DNA of 64,000 nucleotides from Desulfobacterales bacterium (GCA_963668645.2 CAXXWC010000018.1:416001-480000), one strand, 5' to 3'; numbered from the stretch's first letter, positions 40,215-49,883 are shown. A program made the numbers and translations. The notes: generated from the sequence alone by a model not told the origin.

Positions 40215-40427
40215 TCAGCCCTGCCCTTCATCCGGGGCGGTGGTTTCGTCGTCCGGTTGGCGGCGCCACTCTTCGCGGGCCGCGTCGGCGGCCTTTTTGC
40301 TCGCCGCAGCCATCTTGGCCGCTTTTTCCCTGGCAATCTCCTTGAACTTTTTTACACTGCCGCTTTGTGCCACCAGACGGGCCGTCACGAACCCTGCGGC
40401 GAAACCGAGGATGGTTCTGAGCATCAT
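40215..40427 (-). CDS. 70-aa membrane-anchored protein with GxxxG
   Basis: MMLRTILGFAAGFVTARL plus charged helix; AAGGAGGT RBS. Confidence 0.75.
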   Translation of the reverse strand: MMLRTILGFAAGFVTARLVAQSGSVKKFKEIAREKAAKMAAASKKAADAAREEWRRQPDDETTAPDEGQG

Positions 40428-40437
40428 GTCACCTCCT

Positions 40438-41253
40438 TTAGCGGAATTTGCGAAACAGGATCTCTCTCTGGGTGTCGCCGCTGCCTTCGGGGACCGCTGC
40501 CGGTTCGCCGCCGTTGTCGCGCAGTGCGTAGAGCTGCCGCAGCATGGCGATGTGCAGCACGCAGGGGATGAGCACCCGGTAGGCCGGCCCCAGCACGTCG
40601 AAGAAGGTCCACAGGGCGGCGATCCCAAGGCCGACCGCACCGGCGAAGGCCGCGGCCCAGCGGCTGAGCGCGGCGCTGGCCACGAAGGATATCCCCCGCT
40701 GCAAAGTGGCCCGGGAAACGGCCCCGGCCACGATCAGCCAGAGCTGGTAGGCGGCCAGCCCCCCACCGGCGATGATCGCCGCCTGAACGAGCGTCGTGGG
40801 AAATTCCCGGGGAAGTCCGGCGGCCCCGGTTTCGGGCAGGATCCCCTCGAGCAGGGCCTGCTTTTCATTCGTGCTCATCTTTTCCCAGGACTGTTCCAGC
40901 ACCTTGAGCAGGATCTGCTCCTCGATGCGTGCCACCGGCCCGTTGCGATCGGCTTTGACCTTCAGCCGGCCGGACACGGTGCACACGATATCGCGATAAG
41001 CGACCCCGACGCCGCCGCGCATAATGTTGAGGACGGTGTTGCCGCCGAATTTCTGGATTTCGGCGGCGATTTCATCGGCATAGCGGGCATGCTCCGGAAA
41101 CCACTGCCGATAGGCCGCCGTCGCTTCCAGTTGGGATGTGATCCCGCCGCGCTGGGTAAGGTAGCCGACCAGGTTGTCGAGTTCTTCGCTGCTGCAGCGG
41201 CGCAGCAGGGGGAGCAGGTCGTCGTCCGGTTCTTTGAGTTTGATTTCAGCCAT
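40438..41253 (-). CDS. YaaW/DUF3944-like protein
   Basis: IAAEIQKFGGNT..N.MRGG.GV.Y.DI, GPAYRVLIPCVLHIAMLR. Confidence 0.8.
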   Translation of the reverse strand: MAEIKLKEPDDDLLPLLRRCSSEELDNLVGYLTQRGGITSQLEATAAYRQWFPEHARYADEIAAEIQKFGGNTVLNIMRGGVGVAYRDIVCTVSGRLKVKADRNGPVARIEEQILLKVLEQSWEKMSTNEKQALLEGILPETGAAGLPREFPTTLVQAAIIAGGGLAAYQLWLIVAGAVSRATLQRGISFVASAALSRWAAAFAGAVGLGIAALWTFFDVLGPAYRVLIPCVLHIAMLRQLYALRDNGGEPAAVPEGSGDTQREILFRKFR

Positions 41254-41260
41254 CCGGGCC

Positions 41261-41710
41261 TCACTTGAGAAAAGTTGCGATGCGGGTCGCCAGGCTGGCA
41301 CTCATCTTGTTGCCCAAGGGGTTTTTTGCCGCAAAAGCGCCGGCGATGAGGGTTAACAGCCCGCGGACCCCTGTGATCAGGGTCTGGGCCACCTCCGGAG
41401 ACTCGAGCCCGATCTCGCCGGCAAGCTCGATGCTGCGGCCCGCCCCCATGACCAGGCCGGCGAAGACCTCCCACCGGCTTTTGTCGAGCTGGATCCCCTG
41501 GCGGCCCAGGTCGAAGAAGACATCGTCCGGGCTCTTGATCAGCCCGATCACGAGATAGAGCTGAAAGAAAAACTGTTCACGGGGGGCTACCCCTTCTTCC
41601 CAACGCTTGACCGAAGCGGCCGGTGCTCCCACGAGCGACCCGAACTGGGCCAGTGAAAGGCCGTAACGGCGTCGGATGGCGGCGATTTCGGGGTTGAGTG
41701 GAATATTCAT
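41261..41710 (-). CDS. XRE-type HTH protein
   Basis: IAAIRRRYGLSLAQFGSLVGAPAASVKRWEEG. Confidence 0.8.
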   Translation of the reverse strand: MNIPLNPEIAAIRRRYGLSLAQFGSLVGAPAASVKRWEEGVAPREQFFFQLYLVIGLIKSPDDVFFDLGRQGIQLDKSRWEVFAGLVMGAGRSIELAGEIGLESPEVAQTLITGVRGLLTLIAGAFAAKNPLGNKMSASLATRIATFLK

Positions 41711-41801
41711 TTCTCTGCTATTGATTAATTACAGTGTAACAGTTTTATAACACTCCATACCCTGTGCAAACCGGTGTGTCAACCCCGGGTTTGGACATCT
41801 T

Positions 41802-41846
41802 ACCGATCCGACCGATCAGACGGATGCGACCGATCGGTCCGATCAC
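41802..41846 (+). repeat. Degenerate 9-bp tandem repeat x5 (ACCGATCNG)
   Basis: accgatccg accgatcag acggatgcg accgatcgg tccgatcac. Confidence 0.75.
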
Positions 41847-41872
41847 ATCCGAAAACGTGCTGTGAAATTGAT

Positions 41873-43984
41873 TCAGGCGGGAGAAGAGGCTTTCTTGGGG
41901 TGGCGGTTGCCCAGGGCGGCGTAACCAAGGATACCGACGGTGCTCAGGTTGTGCAGCAGGGCCGAGCCGACCGGGGCAAGAAAACCGAGGGTCGCCAGCA
42001 GCAGGATCAGCGAATTGAATCCCACCGCCGAAGAAAAACAGTTTTCGATGACCCGGTGGGCGTCGCGCACCACCTGCAGCGCCGTGAGCAGGTCCCCGAG
42101 GTCTTCTTCGAGCAGGATCACCAGGGCCGACTCCTTGGCCAGTTCAGATCCGCCGGGCATACAGATCCCCACCTGGGCGGTCACCAGGGCCGGTGCGTCA
42201 TTGACCCCGTCGCCCACAAAGGCCACCGTACGGCCGTTTTCGATCAGTTCCCGGACGATGCGGGACTTGTCTTCCGGCTTCATCTCCCAGTAAAGGTCGT
42301 CCACCTCGGCAAGCTTGCCCACTACTGCCCGGGCCGTCTGTTCATGGTCGCCGGTCAGCACCACGATCCGTTCGACGCCGGCCTTTTTCAGGCCGTTCAG
42401 GACCGCCGCGGCCTCCGGCCGCAGATCGTCGCGCAGGGCGATCAGTCCTGTCAGTACACCGGCCCGGCTGACAAAAAGGAGGTTCTTGCCTTCGCGGCGG
42501 AGCCTGCCGGCCGTTTGGTGCACGCCGCTGCAATCCACGTCTTCGTCTTCTTCGAGGAAGTGCTGGCTGCCCACCAGCACCCGCTGCCCATCCACGAAAG
42601 CAGACACGCCGTGAGCCACGATATAGTCCACGTTGGACATGGCCGGAATGAGCAGTCCGCGGTCGCCGGCGGCCCGCACCACGGCATGGGCCACCGGATG
42701 GGCGTAGTGCTGCTCGGCGCCGGCGGCCAGGGCCAACAGATCGGCGGCAGTCAGGTCGCCGACGGGAATCACATCGGTGACGTCGAGCAGACCGTCGGTC
42801 AGGGTGCCGGTTTTGTCGAAGACGAGGGTGTCGATGCGCACCAGTGCATCCAGGGCCTGGGCCCCCTTGATGAGCACGCCGCGGTGGGCCGCCTGGTACA
42901 TGGCGGTCTTGACCGCAATGGGATTGGCCAGTTTGATGGCGCAGGAATAATCGACGGTCAGCACAGCCGCGGCCCTGGAGATGTCCCCGGTGAGCAAAAA
43001 GACGGCCAGGCCCAGGGCGAGGGTCACCGGTACCAGGCGGTCGGCCAGCTCCTGGCTGCGGGTCTGGGAGGTGGATTTGAGCCGCAGCGAGTTCTCCAGA
43101 AACCGCGTGATCCGGGCCATGCTGGTTTCGGCCCCCACCAGTCGGGCTTCGATCTTGATGCGGCCGTCTTCCACTACCGAACCGGAAAGGGCCTCCTGGC
43201 CGGGATAGAGATGGACAGAGACCGATTCGCCGGTGATGGCGCTTTGGTTTACCGAAGCCTCGCCCTGGACCACCGGACCGTCCACCGGGATGATGTCCCC
43301 CGGGCCGCAGATCACCGTATCGCCGATGACGACCCGCTCCAGGGCCAGGGAGATCTCGCGCCCGTCGCGTTCGATCCAGGCATGTTCCACCGTGGGGCGC
43401 AGCAGGCTTTTGAGCAGGGCCGTGGAACGGTTTTCCGAACTCGTTTCCAGGTGGGCGCCGAGAGATAGCAGCGAAACGATGGTGTTGGCAGTGAAGTAGT
43501 CGCCCCGGGCCAGGGAAAAGCCGACGGCCGCGGCGTCCAGGACCTCGACCTTGACACCCTCGTGAAAAAGGGCGTCGAGTCCGCCGATGATGGTCGGCAG
43601 TCCGAGCATCACGCTCAGAGGGGCGGCCACCGGGGCCGGAATCTTGAGGCCGGCAACGGTGAGCGCACTCTTGATCAGGACATCGGCCAGTTCCGGGCCG
43701 CTCCTGTCGTCATCCGGGGCGGCGCAGTAGGCCTCGGCCGGCAGGTTTGCCAGGGTGGCAAGGACCTTTTCCCGGTTTTCCGGGCGGTCGTCGTAAGCGA
43801 CAACCACGCTCGCCGCCCGGCGGTTGATCCGGGCATGCCGGACGCCGGGCAGGTTTTCGATGATCGCCTGGACATAAACGGCATCGAGCAGCGGGTCGTG
43901 AAGCGGCGGACAATGCACCCGGATTCTTCCGGGCAGTTCATGGGCGATGTGCAGGCGCCGGGCGTCATTGAGGGCTTGCGTCAC
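41873..43984 (-). CDS. fezB: P1B-6-type heavy-metal ATPase, ferrosome FezB-like
   Basis: N-terminal HELPGRIR, TGES, DYSCAIKL, DKTGT, HP, GDGVND, LHNLST. Confidence 0.85.
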   Translation of the reverse strand: MTQALNDARRLHIAHELPGRIRVHCPPLHDPLLDAVYVQAIIENLPGVRHARINRRAASVVVAYDDRPENREKVLATLANLPAEAYCAAPDDDRSGPELADVLIKSALTVAGLKIPAPVAAPLSVMLGLPTIIGGLDALFHEGVKVEVLDAAAVGFSLARGDYFTANTIVSLLSLGAHLETSSENRSTALLKSLLRPTVEHAWIERDGREISLALERVVIGDTVICGPGDIIPVDGPVVQGEASVNQSAITGESVSVHLYPGQEALSGSVVEDGRIKIEARLVGAETSMARITRFLENSLRLKSTSQTRSQELADRLVPVTLALGLAVFLLTGDISRAAAVLTVDYSCAIKLANPIAVKTAMYQAAHRGVLIKGAQALDALVRIDTLVFDKTGTLTDGLLDVTDVIPVGDLTAADLLALAAGAEQHYAHPVAHAVVRAAGDRGLLIPAMSNVDYIVAHGVSAFVDGQRVLVGSQHFLEEDEDVDCSGVHQTAGRLRREGKNLLFVSRAGVLTGLIALRDDLRPEAAAVLNGLKKAGVERIVVLTGDHEQTARAVVGKLAEVDDLYWEMKPEDKSRIVRELIENGRTVAFVGDGVNDAPALVTAQVGICMPGGSELAKESALVILLEEDLGDLLTALQVVRDAHRVIENCFSSAVGFNSLILLLATLGFLAPVGSALLHNLSTVGILGYAALGNRHPKKASSPA

Positions 43985-43993
43985 GGCGGCTGT

Positions 43994-44233
43994 TCATCTC
44001 GACTGGGATTTGGGTTGATACAGTGACCAGTGCCACAGCGAGAAGCCGATCAGGGCCAGGCCGGAACTGATGTGCAGCCGGCTGGCCTGGCGGCTCATGA
44101 AACCGGTGGCCACGAGCGTGCCCATGGCGGCCACCATGCCGAACTTGGCCAGGTCGCGTTTTCCCCGCGCCGAAATGAGCGGTTGTTTGCCGGGCTTTTT
44201 ACTCTGTGGCATGGGAATCACCTTGTCCGTCAT
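43994..44233 (-). CDS. Small two-TM His-containing membrane protein (fez-cluster type)
   Basis: AKFGMVAAMGTLVATG...LHISSGLALIGFSLWH. Confidence 0.75.
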   Translation of the reverse strand: MTDKVIPMPQSKKPGKQPLISARGKRDLAKFGMVAAMGTLVATGFMSRQASRLHISSGLALIGFSLWHWSLYQPKSQSR

Positions 44234-44338
44234 TTTGGCTCGCCTCTGACCCGCCGCGGTGGGCGCAAACCCGAAGTGCGGGCGGCAGGAAGTGAAAAGC
44301 AGGCAGCGTATACGGCTACCGGGGCTGCCTGCGCGGGT

Positions 44339-44707
44339 TTAACTCTGGCTTTTTTCAGCCTTGGCGTCCCGAATCCGCTCCTTGATTTCTTCGATTCCGC
44401 CGACCACGGCGGACCAGGCAGCCACCGCACCTCTGACTACCGCGTTTTGCACCTTCGGACTGGTGACCAGCAGGGTGGCGCCGGTGCCGGCCAGCAATCC
44501 GGTGATAAAGCTCGGATGGGTCCAGTCAAGCCACGCTCTGGTGGATGGCGGCGGCGCGTCGGGCGGCAGGGGAGGGGGCTGAGCCGCCGTGCCGGGATCG
44601 TGTGCATAGACCGGGTTGCCATCGTGGACCCTGGCCGCCTCAGGGGCCGGTTGTGGCTGGGGGGCGTATCCCGCCTGCTGAGGATATGGATATGGGGTCT
44701 GCATCAT
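44339..44707 (-). CDS. Pro-rich N-terminus + GxxxG TM + coiled coil (YtxH/FezA-like)
   Basis: FITGLLAGTGATLL...GGIEEIKERIRDAKAE. Confidence 0.75.
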   Translation of the reverse strand: MMQTPYPYPQQAGYAPQPQPAPEAARVHDGNPVYAHDPGTAAQPPPLPPDAPPPSTRAWLDWTHPSFITGLLAGTGATLLVTSPKVQNAVVRGAVAAWSAVVGGIEEIKERIRDAKAEKSQS

Positions 44708-45165
44708 TTCTCCTTGCCGGTCTCGGTTTGACCGCTTTGCGTTTTTTCCCGGCTTTTGACGGCCGGTCGTTTCTTGGCGGGCTTTTGTGGGCCGGATGAT
44801 TCCGGGCCGGCCGTCTCCTGTGCTTGCGGCGGTTGGAATGCGCCGTCGTAGAAATATTTTACGGCGGTGGCCGCAGCCAACATGCCGGCTGCCGACACCG
44901 CCCCTGAAACCCCGATCGTGCGCACCACCAGGGTGGCGGCCGCCGTGGCCAGGGCGGCGCCGGCCGATTCGCGCACTACATTCTTGAGGGCCAGGCCGGC
45001 CTCGATCTCGCCGTTTTTCACCCGGCGGATGTTGGCGGCCGAAGCGCCGGCCGCGCCGACGACCAGGCCGACGCCGCCCATGGCAACGGCCGGCGCCAGC
45101 GACGGGGGCCTGTGCACCGCTGGTGTGCCGGGAGCAGGGTACTGAGCATTGCGGGGGTCCACCAT
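44704..45165 (-). CDS. MamC-like Gly/Ala-rich membrane protein
   Basis: GGVGLVVGAAGASAANIRRVKNGEI...ESAGAALAT...AVKYFYD. Confidence 0.7.
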   Translation of the reverse strand: MVDPRNAQYPAPGTPAVHRPPSLAPAVAMGGVGLVVGAAGASAANIRRVKNGEIEAGLALKNVVRESAGAALATAAATLVVRTIGVSGAVSAAGMLAAATAVKYFYDGAFQPPQAQETAGPESSGPQKPAKKRPAVKSREKTQSGQTETGKEK

Positions 45166-45224
45166 TTCAGTGTCTCCTTTCTACGGGTATCGTTGCAGTC
45201 GCCCACCGTTCAGACGGCGTCCGG

Positions 45225-46004
45225 TCAGGTGGTTGCGCTATCATCGGGTTGCTGATCGCCCTGCTTTTTGAAACCGCCCAAAATGGTGCCGAAGGCGCCG
45301 GAAATTCCGGAACGGACCGTTTCATTGGTGAACAGCAGTGTGACCAGAACGCCGGCAAGAGCGCCTTTCCAGAACTGGCCGTCGAAGCCGTCAAACAGGG
45401 CCGCCATTTTTTCCGCGTCCGGCGTCTGTCCGTTGGCGATGTCCTTGACCACCTCGGCGATCCGGCCGTGGGCATTGCCCTGAGCCTTGTCGGCAGACGG
45501 ATCACGGGGCTGGGAGGCCGGCTCGCTCGGTTGCGCGGAACCGTATCCGGGGACCGTGCCGCCGGCGGACCCCTGGGGCGGGGGGTAGCCGGGATAGCCC
45601 GATGCCGCCGGGCCGTATCCCTGGGCGGCCGCTCCATTGACGAACGGGCCGTATCCGGGCGCAACGCCTGGAGCGCCTCCTGCCTGGGGCGGTGGATAAC
45701 CGGGGATCGGGCCGGGCCCGTGGATGGTGTACGCATCGGCATACCCTGCGTACCCAGTTCCCGGGGGCGGCGGCATAAAGCCTGCGTAGGCGTCGCGGGC
45801 AGGGGCCGGCGACCCGTGCAGCATGCCGGCCGACATGGGATCGTTGGGCGCCTGGGGCCGCCCCAGGACGTATCCGGCAGCGTTGTAGCGGGGAATATCG
45901 TAGGCGTTCATGGCCCCTGGATGCGAGGCGCCGGCGGTCGCATGGCCTGCCGCCGCGCTGCTTTCAGCCGCCGCATGGCTTGGGTCTTCTTTGCAGTCGC
46001 TCAT
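45225..46004 (-). CDS. Pro/Gly/Tyr low-complexity protein with C-terminal GxxxG membrane helix
   Basis: Repeated GY/PGYP; FWKGALAGVLVTLLFTNETVR. Confidence 0.75.
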   Translation of the reverse strand: MSDCKEDPSHAAAESSAAAGHATAGASHPGAMNAYDIPRYNAAGYVLGRPQAPNDPMSAGMLHGSPAPARDAYAGFMPPPPGTGYAGYADAYTIHGPGPIPGYPPPQAGGAPGVAPGYGPFVNGAAAQGYGPAASGYPGYPPPQGSAGGTVPGYGSAQPSEPASQPRDPSADKAQGNAHGRIAEVVKDIANGQTPDAEKMAALFDGFDGQFWKGALAGVLVTLLFTNETVRSGISGAFGTILGGFKKQGDQQPDDSATT

Positions 46005-46006
46005 CG

Positions 46007-48334
46007 TTATCTTCCTTGTTCGGCTGTAGGTTGAGATTGTCGCCGGGCGCTACCGGATAAAGGCGCGAGGCCTGGGTCCCGGGTTTTCGCTTCCCGCCTG
46101 GCGCGGTCGTTGCGGGGGCGCTGGGGCGTGATTCCCGCTTGGCGGCCGGTTTCACGCCTGGGTCCCGACGGGGATGGCCGGCCGGGGGCGTAGGTGAGCA
46201 GGCGACTGGAATTGGCCAGGATCCCAATGGTATGGGTAATGTGCACGAGTCCCGCCATGACCGGGGAAAGCAGGCCCAGGGCGCCCAGCACCACGCCGGC
46301 GATGTTGGAGCCGGTGGCGATCCAGAAATTTTGGTAGACCACCCTGAGGGTCTGGCGGGACAGGTCGCGCACGTAGACCACCCCGGCCAGGTCGTCGCGC
46401 ACCAGGGCGATGTCCGCCGCCTCGATGGCCACCTCGGCCCCGCCGGCCCCCATGGCGATCCCGATGTCGGCCTCGGCCAGGGCCAGGGCATCGTTGATTC
46501 CGTCGCCCACCATCAAGACCCGGTACCCGTCCGCCTTCAATCCGGCGACGATGCGGGCCTTTTCCTCGGGCAGCACCGAGTAGCGGCACTCGTCGAAGTT
46601 GAGCCGGCCGGCCAGATCCAGGGCCGTGTATTTGGAATCCCCGGTAATCATGACCGTCTTGCGGATTCCCCGGTTTTTGAGGTGCGCCAGAAGGGGTTTC
46701 AGGTCCGGCCGTTCCTGGTTGGCGAAACCGATCACCCCGAGCAGTTTTCCGTTGCGGGCGATGAAGACCTGGGTCAGCCCCTGGGTTTTGACCGCTTCCA
46801 GGTGCCGTTTGATCGCATCGAGGCCGACCCCGAACTGCGCCATAAGCTTGTGACTGCCCACCAGCACTTCCTCGCCGTCGATCACCGCCCGCATTCCCTT
46901 GCCGAGGATGTACTCGCACACGGTGTGGGCAATGGGCGCCAGGCCCCGCCGGCGGGCTTCTTCCTGGATGGCCAGGGCCAACGGGTGGCGGTTGTGCATC
47001 TCGGCGGCGCAGGCCAGGTGCAGCAGTTCGTTCTCGCAAAGGCCGTCGAGGTTGACCAGTTGCCGGATTTCGGGCCGGTTGGTGGTCAGGGTGCCGGTCT
47101 TGTCGAAGCAGATCGCATCGACCGTATCGATTTCCTCCAGGTAGCGTCCGCCTTTGATGAGGATGTGGCGGCGGGCCGCGGCGCTGATGGCCGCGCTGAC
47201 AGCCGTGGAGGCGGCCAGGATCGTGGCACAGGGACAGGCCATCACCAGCATCACGGCAAAGGCGCGCCAGAGACTGCCCGTGAGCGCCAGGGTCGCCAGG
47301 GTGACGGCGAACCCGGCCCTGATCAGGGTTCTGGCCAGCCGGTCGGCCACCCCTTCGATGGACGCCCGGTTTTCCAGGGAGTCTTCCACCATGCGCAGGA
47401 TTCTGGCCAGGTACGTGCGATCGCCGACCTGTTCGGCTGCGACATAGATCACCCCCTGGCGTACGAAGGTGCCGGCAAAGACATTGTCGCCGGACTGTTT
47501 GGCCACCGGCTCGCTCATGCCGGTGATGGAGGCCTCGTCCACCAGCGCACCGCCCCGCACGACCCGCCCGTCCACGGCGATTTTTTCGCCGGTGTGCAAA
47601 ACGACCGTATCGCCCGGCTTCACGTCGTTCACCGCCATGCCGACCTCGACCCCGTCGCGCAGGACGTAAGTCTCCTTTTCGGTCACCTGCAGAATGCTGC
47701 GGATGCTGCGCCGCGAGCGTTCGGTGATCCAGGCCTGCAACAGGGTGCCGGCGCTGGTGATCCAGAGGATTTCCAATGCAGCCAGAGCCTCGCCAGCCGC
47801 CACGGCGGCAACGATGCTGGCGCCGAGAAAGCTTTCCAGAGAAACGTGCCGACGGCGCAGGTCGGCCAGGCCGGCTTTGACCAGGGGCAGGGCCGCCAGA
47901 GCGGCCACCACCCCCAGGGGGCTGGTCAGGGTCGCGGCGACCGGCAGCCCCAGCACCACTTGGCGCACGAAGACGACACCGGCCAGTGCGGTGAGGCCCG
48001 CAAAGCGCCGCCGCGCCGAGACGAGTTCCTGCGGCTCCGGGCCCGGTGGGCCGGCAGAGACGGCCGTGTCCGCTATAGTTGATGTGCAGCGCCGGCGGGC
48101 AAAGTCGGCAACGGCCGATGTGATCGCGAAGCGGGAAAGGGTCTGCGGATCGTAGCGAATGACCAAGCCGCAACAGAGCGCGTTGATACGCGTGTGCCGT
48201 ACCCCGTCCATGGCCGCCAGCAGCGTTGCAAGCGCTTCACGTGCCTGCCGGCTGCGGCCGATCAACGGCACGCGCAGGCGCAGGCGGCCGTTGATGGCAT
48301 GCCGTACGGCGACGATCTGTTCGGTGCGCTTCAT
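46007..48334 (-). CDS. Second P1B ATPase (CPC type), FezH-like
   Basis: HAINGRLRLR, MACPCA, DKTGT, HP, GDGIND, VHITHT; ATGA overlap with upstream gene. Confidence 0.88.
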   Translation of the reverse strand: MKRTEQIVAVRHAINGRLRLRVPLIGRSRQAREALATLLAAMDGVRHTRINALCCGLVIRYDPQTLSRFAITSAVADFARRRCTSTIADTAVSAGPPGPEPQELVSARRRFAGLTALAGVVFVRQVVLGLPVAATLTSPLGVVAALAALPLVKAGLADLRRRHVSLESFLGASIVAAVAAGEALAALEILWITSAGTLLQAWITERSRRSIRSILQVTEKETYVLRDGVEVGMAVNDVKPGDTVVLHTGEKIAVDGRVVRGGALVDEASITGMSEPVAKQSGDNVFAGTFVRQGVIYVAAEQVGDRTYLARILRMVEDSLENRASIEGVADRLARTLIRAGFAVTLATLALTGSLWRAFAVMLVMACPCATILAASTAVSAAISAAARRHILIKGGRYLEEIDTVDAICFDKTGTLTTNRPEIRQLVNLDGLCENELLHLACAAEMHNRHPLALAIQEEARRRGLAPIAHTVCEYILGKGMRAVIDGEEVLVGSHKLMAQFGVGLDAIKRHLEAVKTQGLTQVFIARNGKLLGVIGFANQERPDLKPLLAHLKNRGIRKTVMITGDSKYTALDLAGRLNFDECRYSVLPEEKARIVAGLKADGYRVLMVGDGINDALALAEADIGIAMGAGGAEVAIEAADIALVRDDLAGVVYVRDLSRQTLRVVYQNFWIATGSNIAGVVLGALGLLSPVMAGLVHITHTIGILANSSRLLTYAPGRPSPSGPRRETGRQAGITPQRPRNDRARREAKTRDPGLAPLSGSARRQSQPTAEQGR

Positions 48335-48495
48335 CGGCCGTCTGTTTCCTGCGAGCGGTCGCAGCCGGCCGCCGGACAACCGTTGCACCCGCCGCAGCCG
48401 CAAGACGGCGCCTTTTGCTTGAGGCTCCGGGCGACGGTGCGCCACAGATAGCCGATAGCCACGGCCACAATAAGGACAACCAGAAAAGTTTGCAT
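48331..48495 (-). CDS. FeoB-associated Cys-rich membrane protein
   Basis: TM helix followed by SCGCGGCNGC. Confidence 0.82.
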   Translation of the reverse strand: MQTFLVVLIVAVAIGYLWRTVARSLKQKAPSCGCGGCNGCPAAGCDRSQETDGR

Positions 48496-48680
48496 ATCAT
48501 TCAGGATGAGACCGAACGGTGTCGCATTTAAACCGTCGTCCGTCCGCAAGAGGTCAAAAGAAAGGGACACCGGGCATCCACAGGGCAAGAAGGAGGAGTT
48601 ATATTTTAGGGCGCTTGCGTCTGCGTTGCGGCTTCCGGTGCCCCCAGCTCAAAATCCGGGGCAGGTCGATGCGCCGGATC

Positions 48681-49478
48681 TTACTTCATGTCATGGGCCT
48701 GGACCCAGATCACCGCGTCCTGGGAAAGCTCCTTGCCCTTGAACTCCTTGTCCGGCCCGACACCCAGGGCGCAAAAGCCCCACCAGCCGGCCCGGGGAAT
48801 GCCGAAGGCAAATTCACCGTCGGCGCCAGCCTTGATGGTCATGGTCACAAAAGCATCCTGGGGCGCTTGCACCGCCGCGGCCTTGGCAAAGGCGTTTTTG
48901 TCCATCAGCGGTGCGTGGTTGAGGTACTCCACCTCGATCTCGGCCCCGGGCACCGGTTTGCCGGCGCTTTTGACCACACCCCGGAATACGTTGCCAGTCC
49001 ACAGGGCGTAGGGTTTGTCCAGCGGTACGATCTCGGCCGGCAGGCCCACCTCGGCGTCCCAGTCGGTGGGCAAACCGCCGGTGTTGACCACCGCCTTGGC
49101 GATCTGCTGGATGTAGATCCCCTCGCCTTCCTCGTAGTAGGGGGCCGGAACCAGGCAAAAGATGTTGTCGCCCATTCCGCGCAGTTTGACGCTGGCCTCG
49201 AAGGCCTTGCCGCTGTTGGTCAGGCTGGTCCAGGTGATCGGCTTGAGGGTCGCCAGCAGATCCGTTTTCTTTTCCTTGCGCACTACGAAGAAATGCTCGG
49301 GCTGGCCCATGTTCATGGTGTGGCCGGCCTCGAAGGGGTGGGTGAAGACGATCTTCAGGTCGATGGTATCGGCCTTTTCCAGTGCGCTTTCCGGCGTGTA
49401 GACCATCTGGAAGTGGGCCAGGGCCGGGGCCGCCAGCAAGAGGGACAGAATGGTTGCCACAACGATTTTCTTCTTCAT
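48681..49478 (-). CDS. DUF4198 periplasmic protein
   Basis: ALA-HFQMVY, FTHPF, EIVPLDKPYALWTGNVF, GWWGFCAL. Confidence 0.9.
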   Translation of the reverse strand: MKKKIVVATILSLLLAAPALAHFQMVYTPESALEKADTIDLKIVFTHPFEAGHTMNMGQPEHFFVVRKEKKTDLLATLKPITWTSLTNSGKAFEASVKLRGMGDNIFCLVPAPYYEEGEGIYIQQIAKAVVNTGGLPTDWDAEVGLPAEIVPLDKPYALWTGNVFRGVVKSAGKPVPGAEIEVEYLNHAPLMDKNAFAKAAAVQAPQDAFVTMTIKAGADGEFAFGIPRAGWWGFCALGVGPDKEFKGKELSQDAVIWVQAHDMK

Positions 49479-49520
49479 GACCTTAATTCCTTTTCTTTTT
49501 GAAATCATTCACGTTCCGAA

Positions 49521-49838
49521 TCATTCCACTATTTCTTTGCCGTCGATTTCGATGTGATGTCCCTCGCCGGCGTCGAAGTGGACCGTGTAGGGACCGGCGG
49601 GCTTTTTGAAGGAGAACTCGCTGTCGGCGTCCATCTTGCCGTTGATCAGGACCTTGCCGCTGCCGTCCTCCACCCGCATCTGCACGCCGGCGGCCGACGA
49701 ACCGTCGGAAAACCCGCCTTCGCAGGTTACCGTCCCGTCGCCGTTCTCATAGCAGGAGCAAAGGGGGGTATGGGCCAGGGCCGCACCGGCGGCCGCCAGG
49801 GTCAATGCCAAGACGCAGATGATGATTTTACTTTTCAT
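49521..49838 (-). CDS. Small secreted DUF4198 partner protein
   Basis: ALA-HTPLCSC..NGDGTVTCEGGFSDGS...FDAGEGH. Confidence 0.85.
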   Translation of the reverse strand: MKSKIIICVLALTLAAAGAALAHTPLCSCYENGDGTVTCEGGFSDGSSAAGVQMRVEDGSGKVLINGKMDADSEFSFKKPAGPYTVHFDAGEGHHIEIDGKEIVE

Positions 49839-49883
49839 GATACTTCCTCCTTGATCAGAATAAGATTGCACTGAAAACCACGC

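Noticed and set aside
44704..45165. Magnetosome island (MamC-like gene with feoAB)
   Set aside because: No mamA/B/E/K/M/O/P/Q-like genes in the window; the context fits a fez cluster
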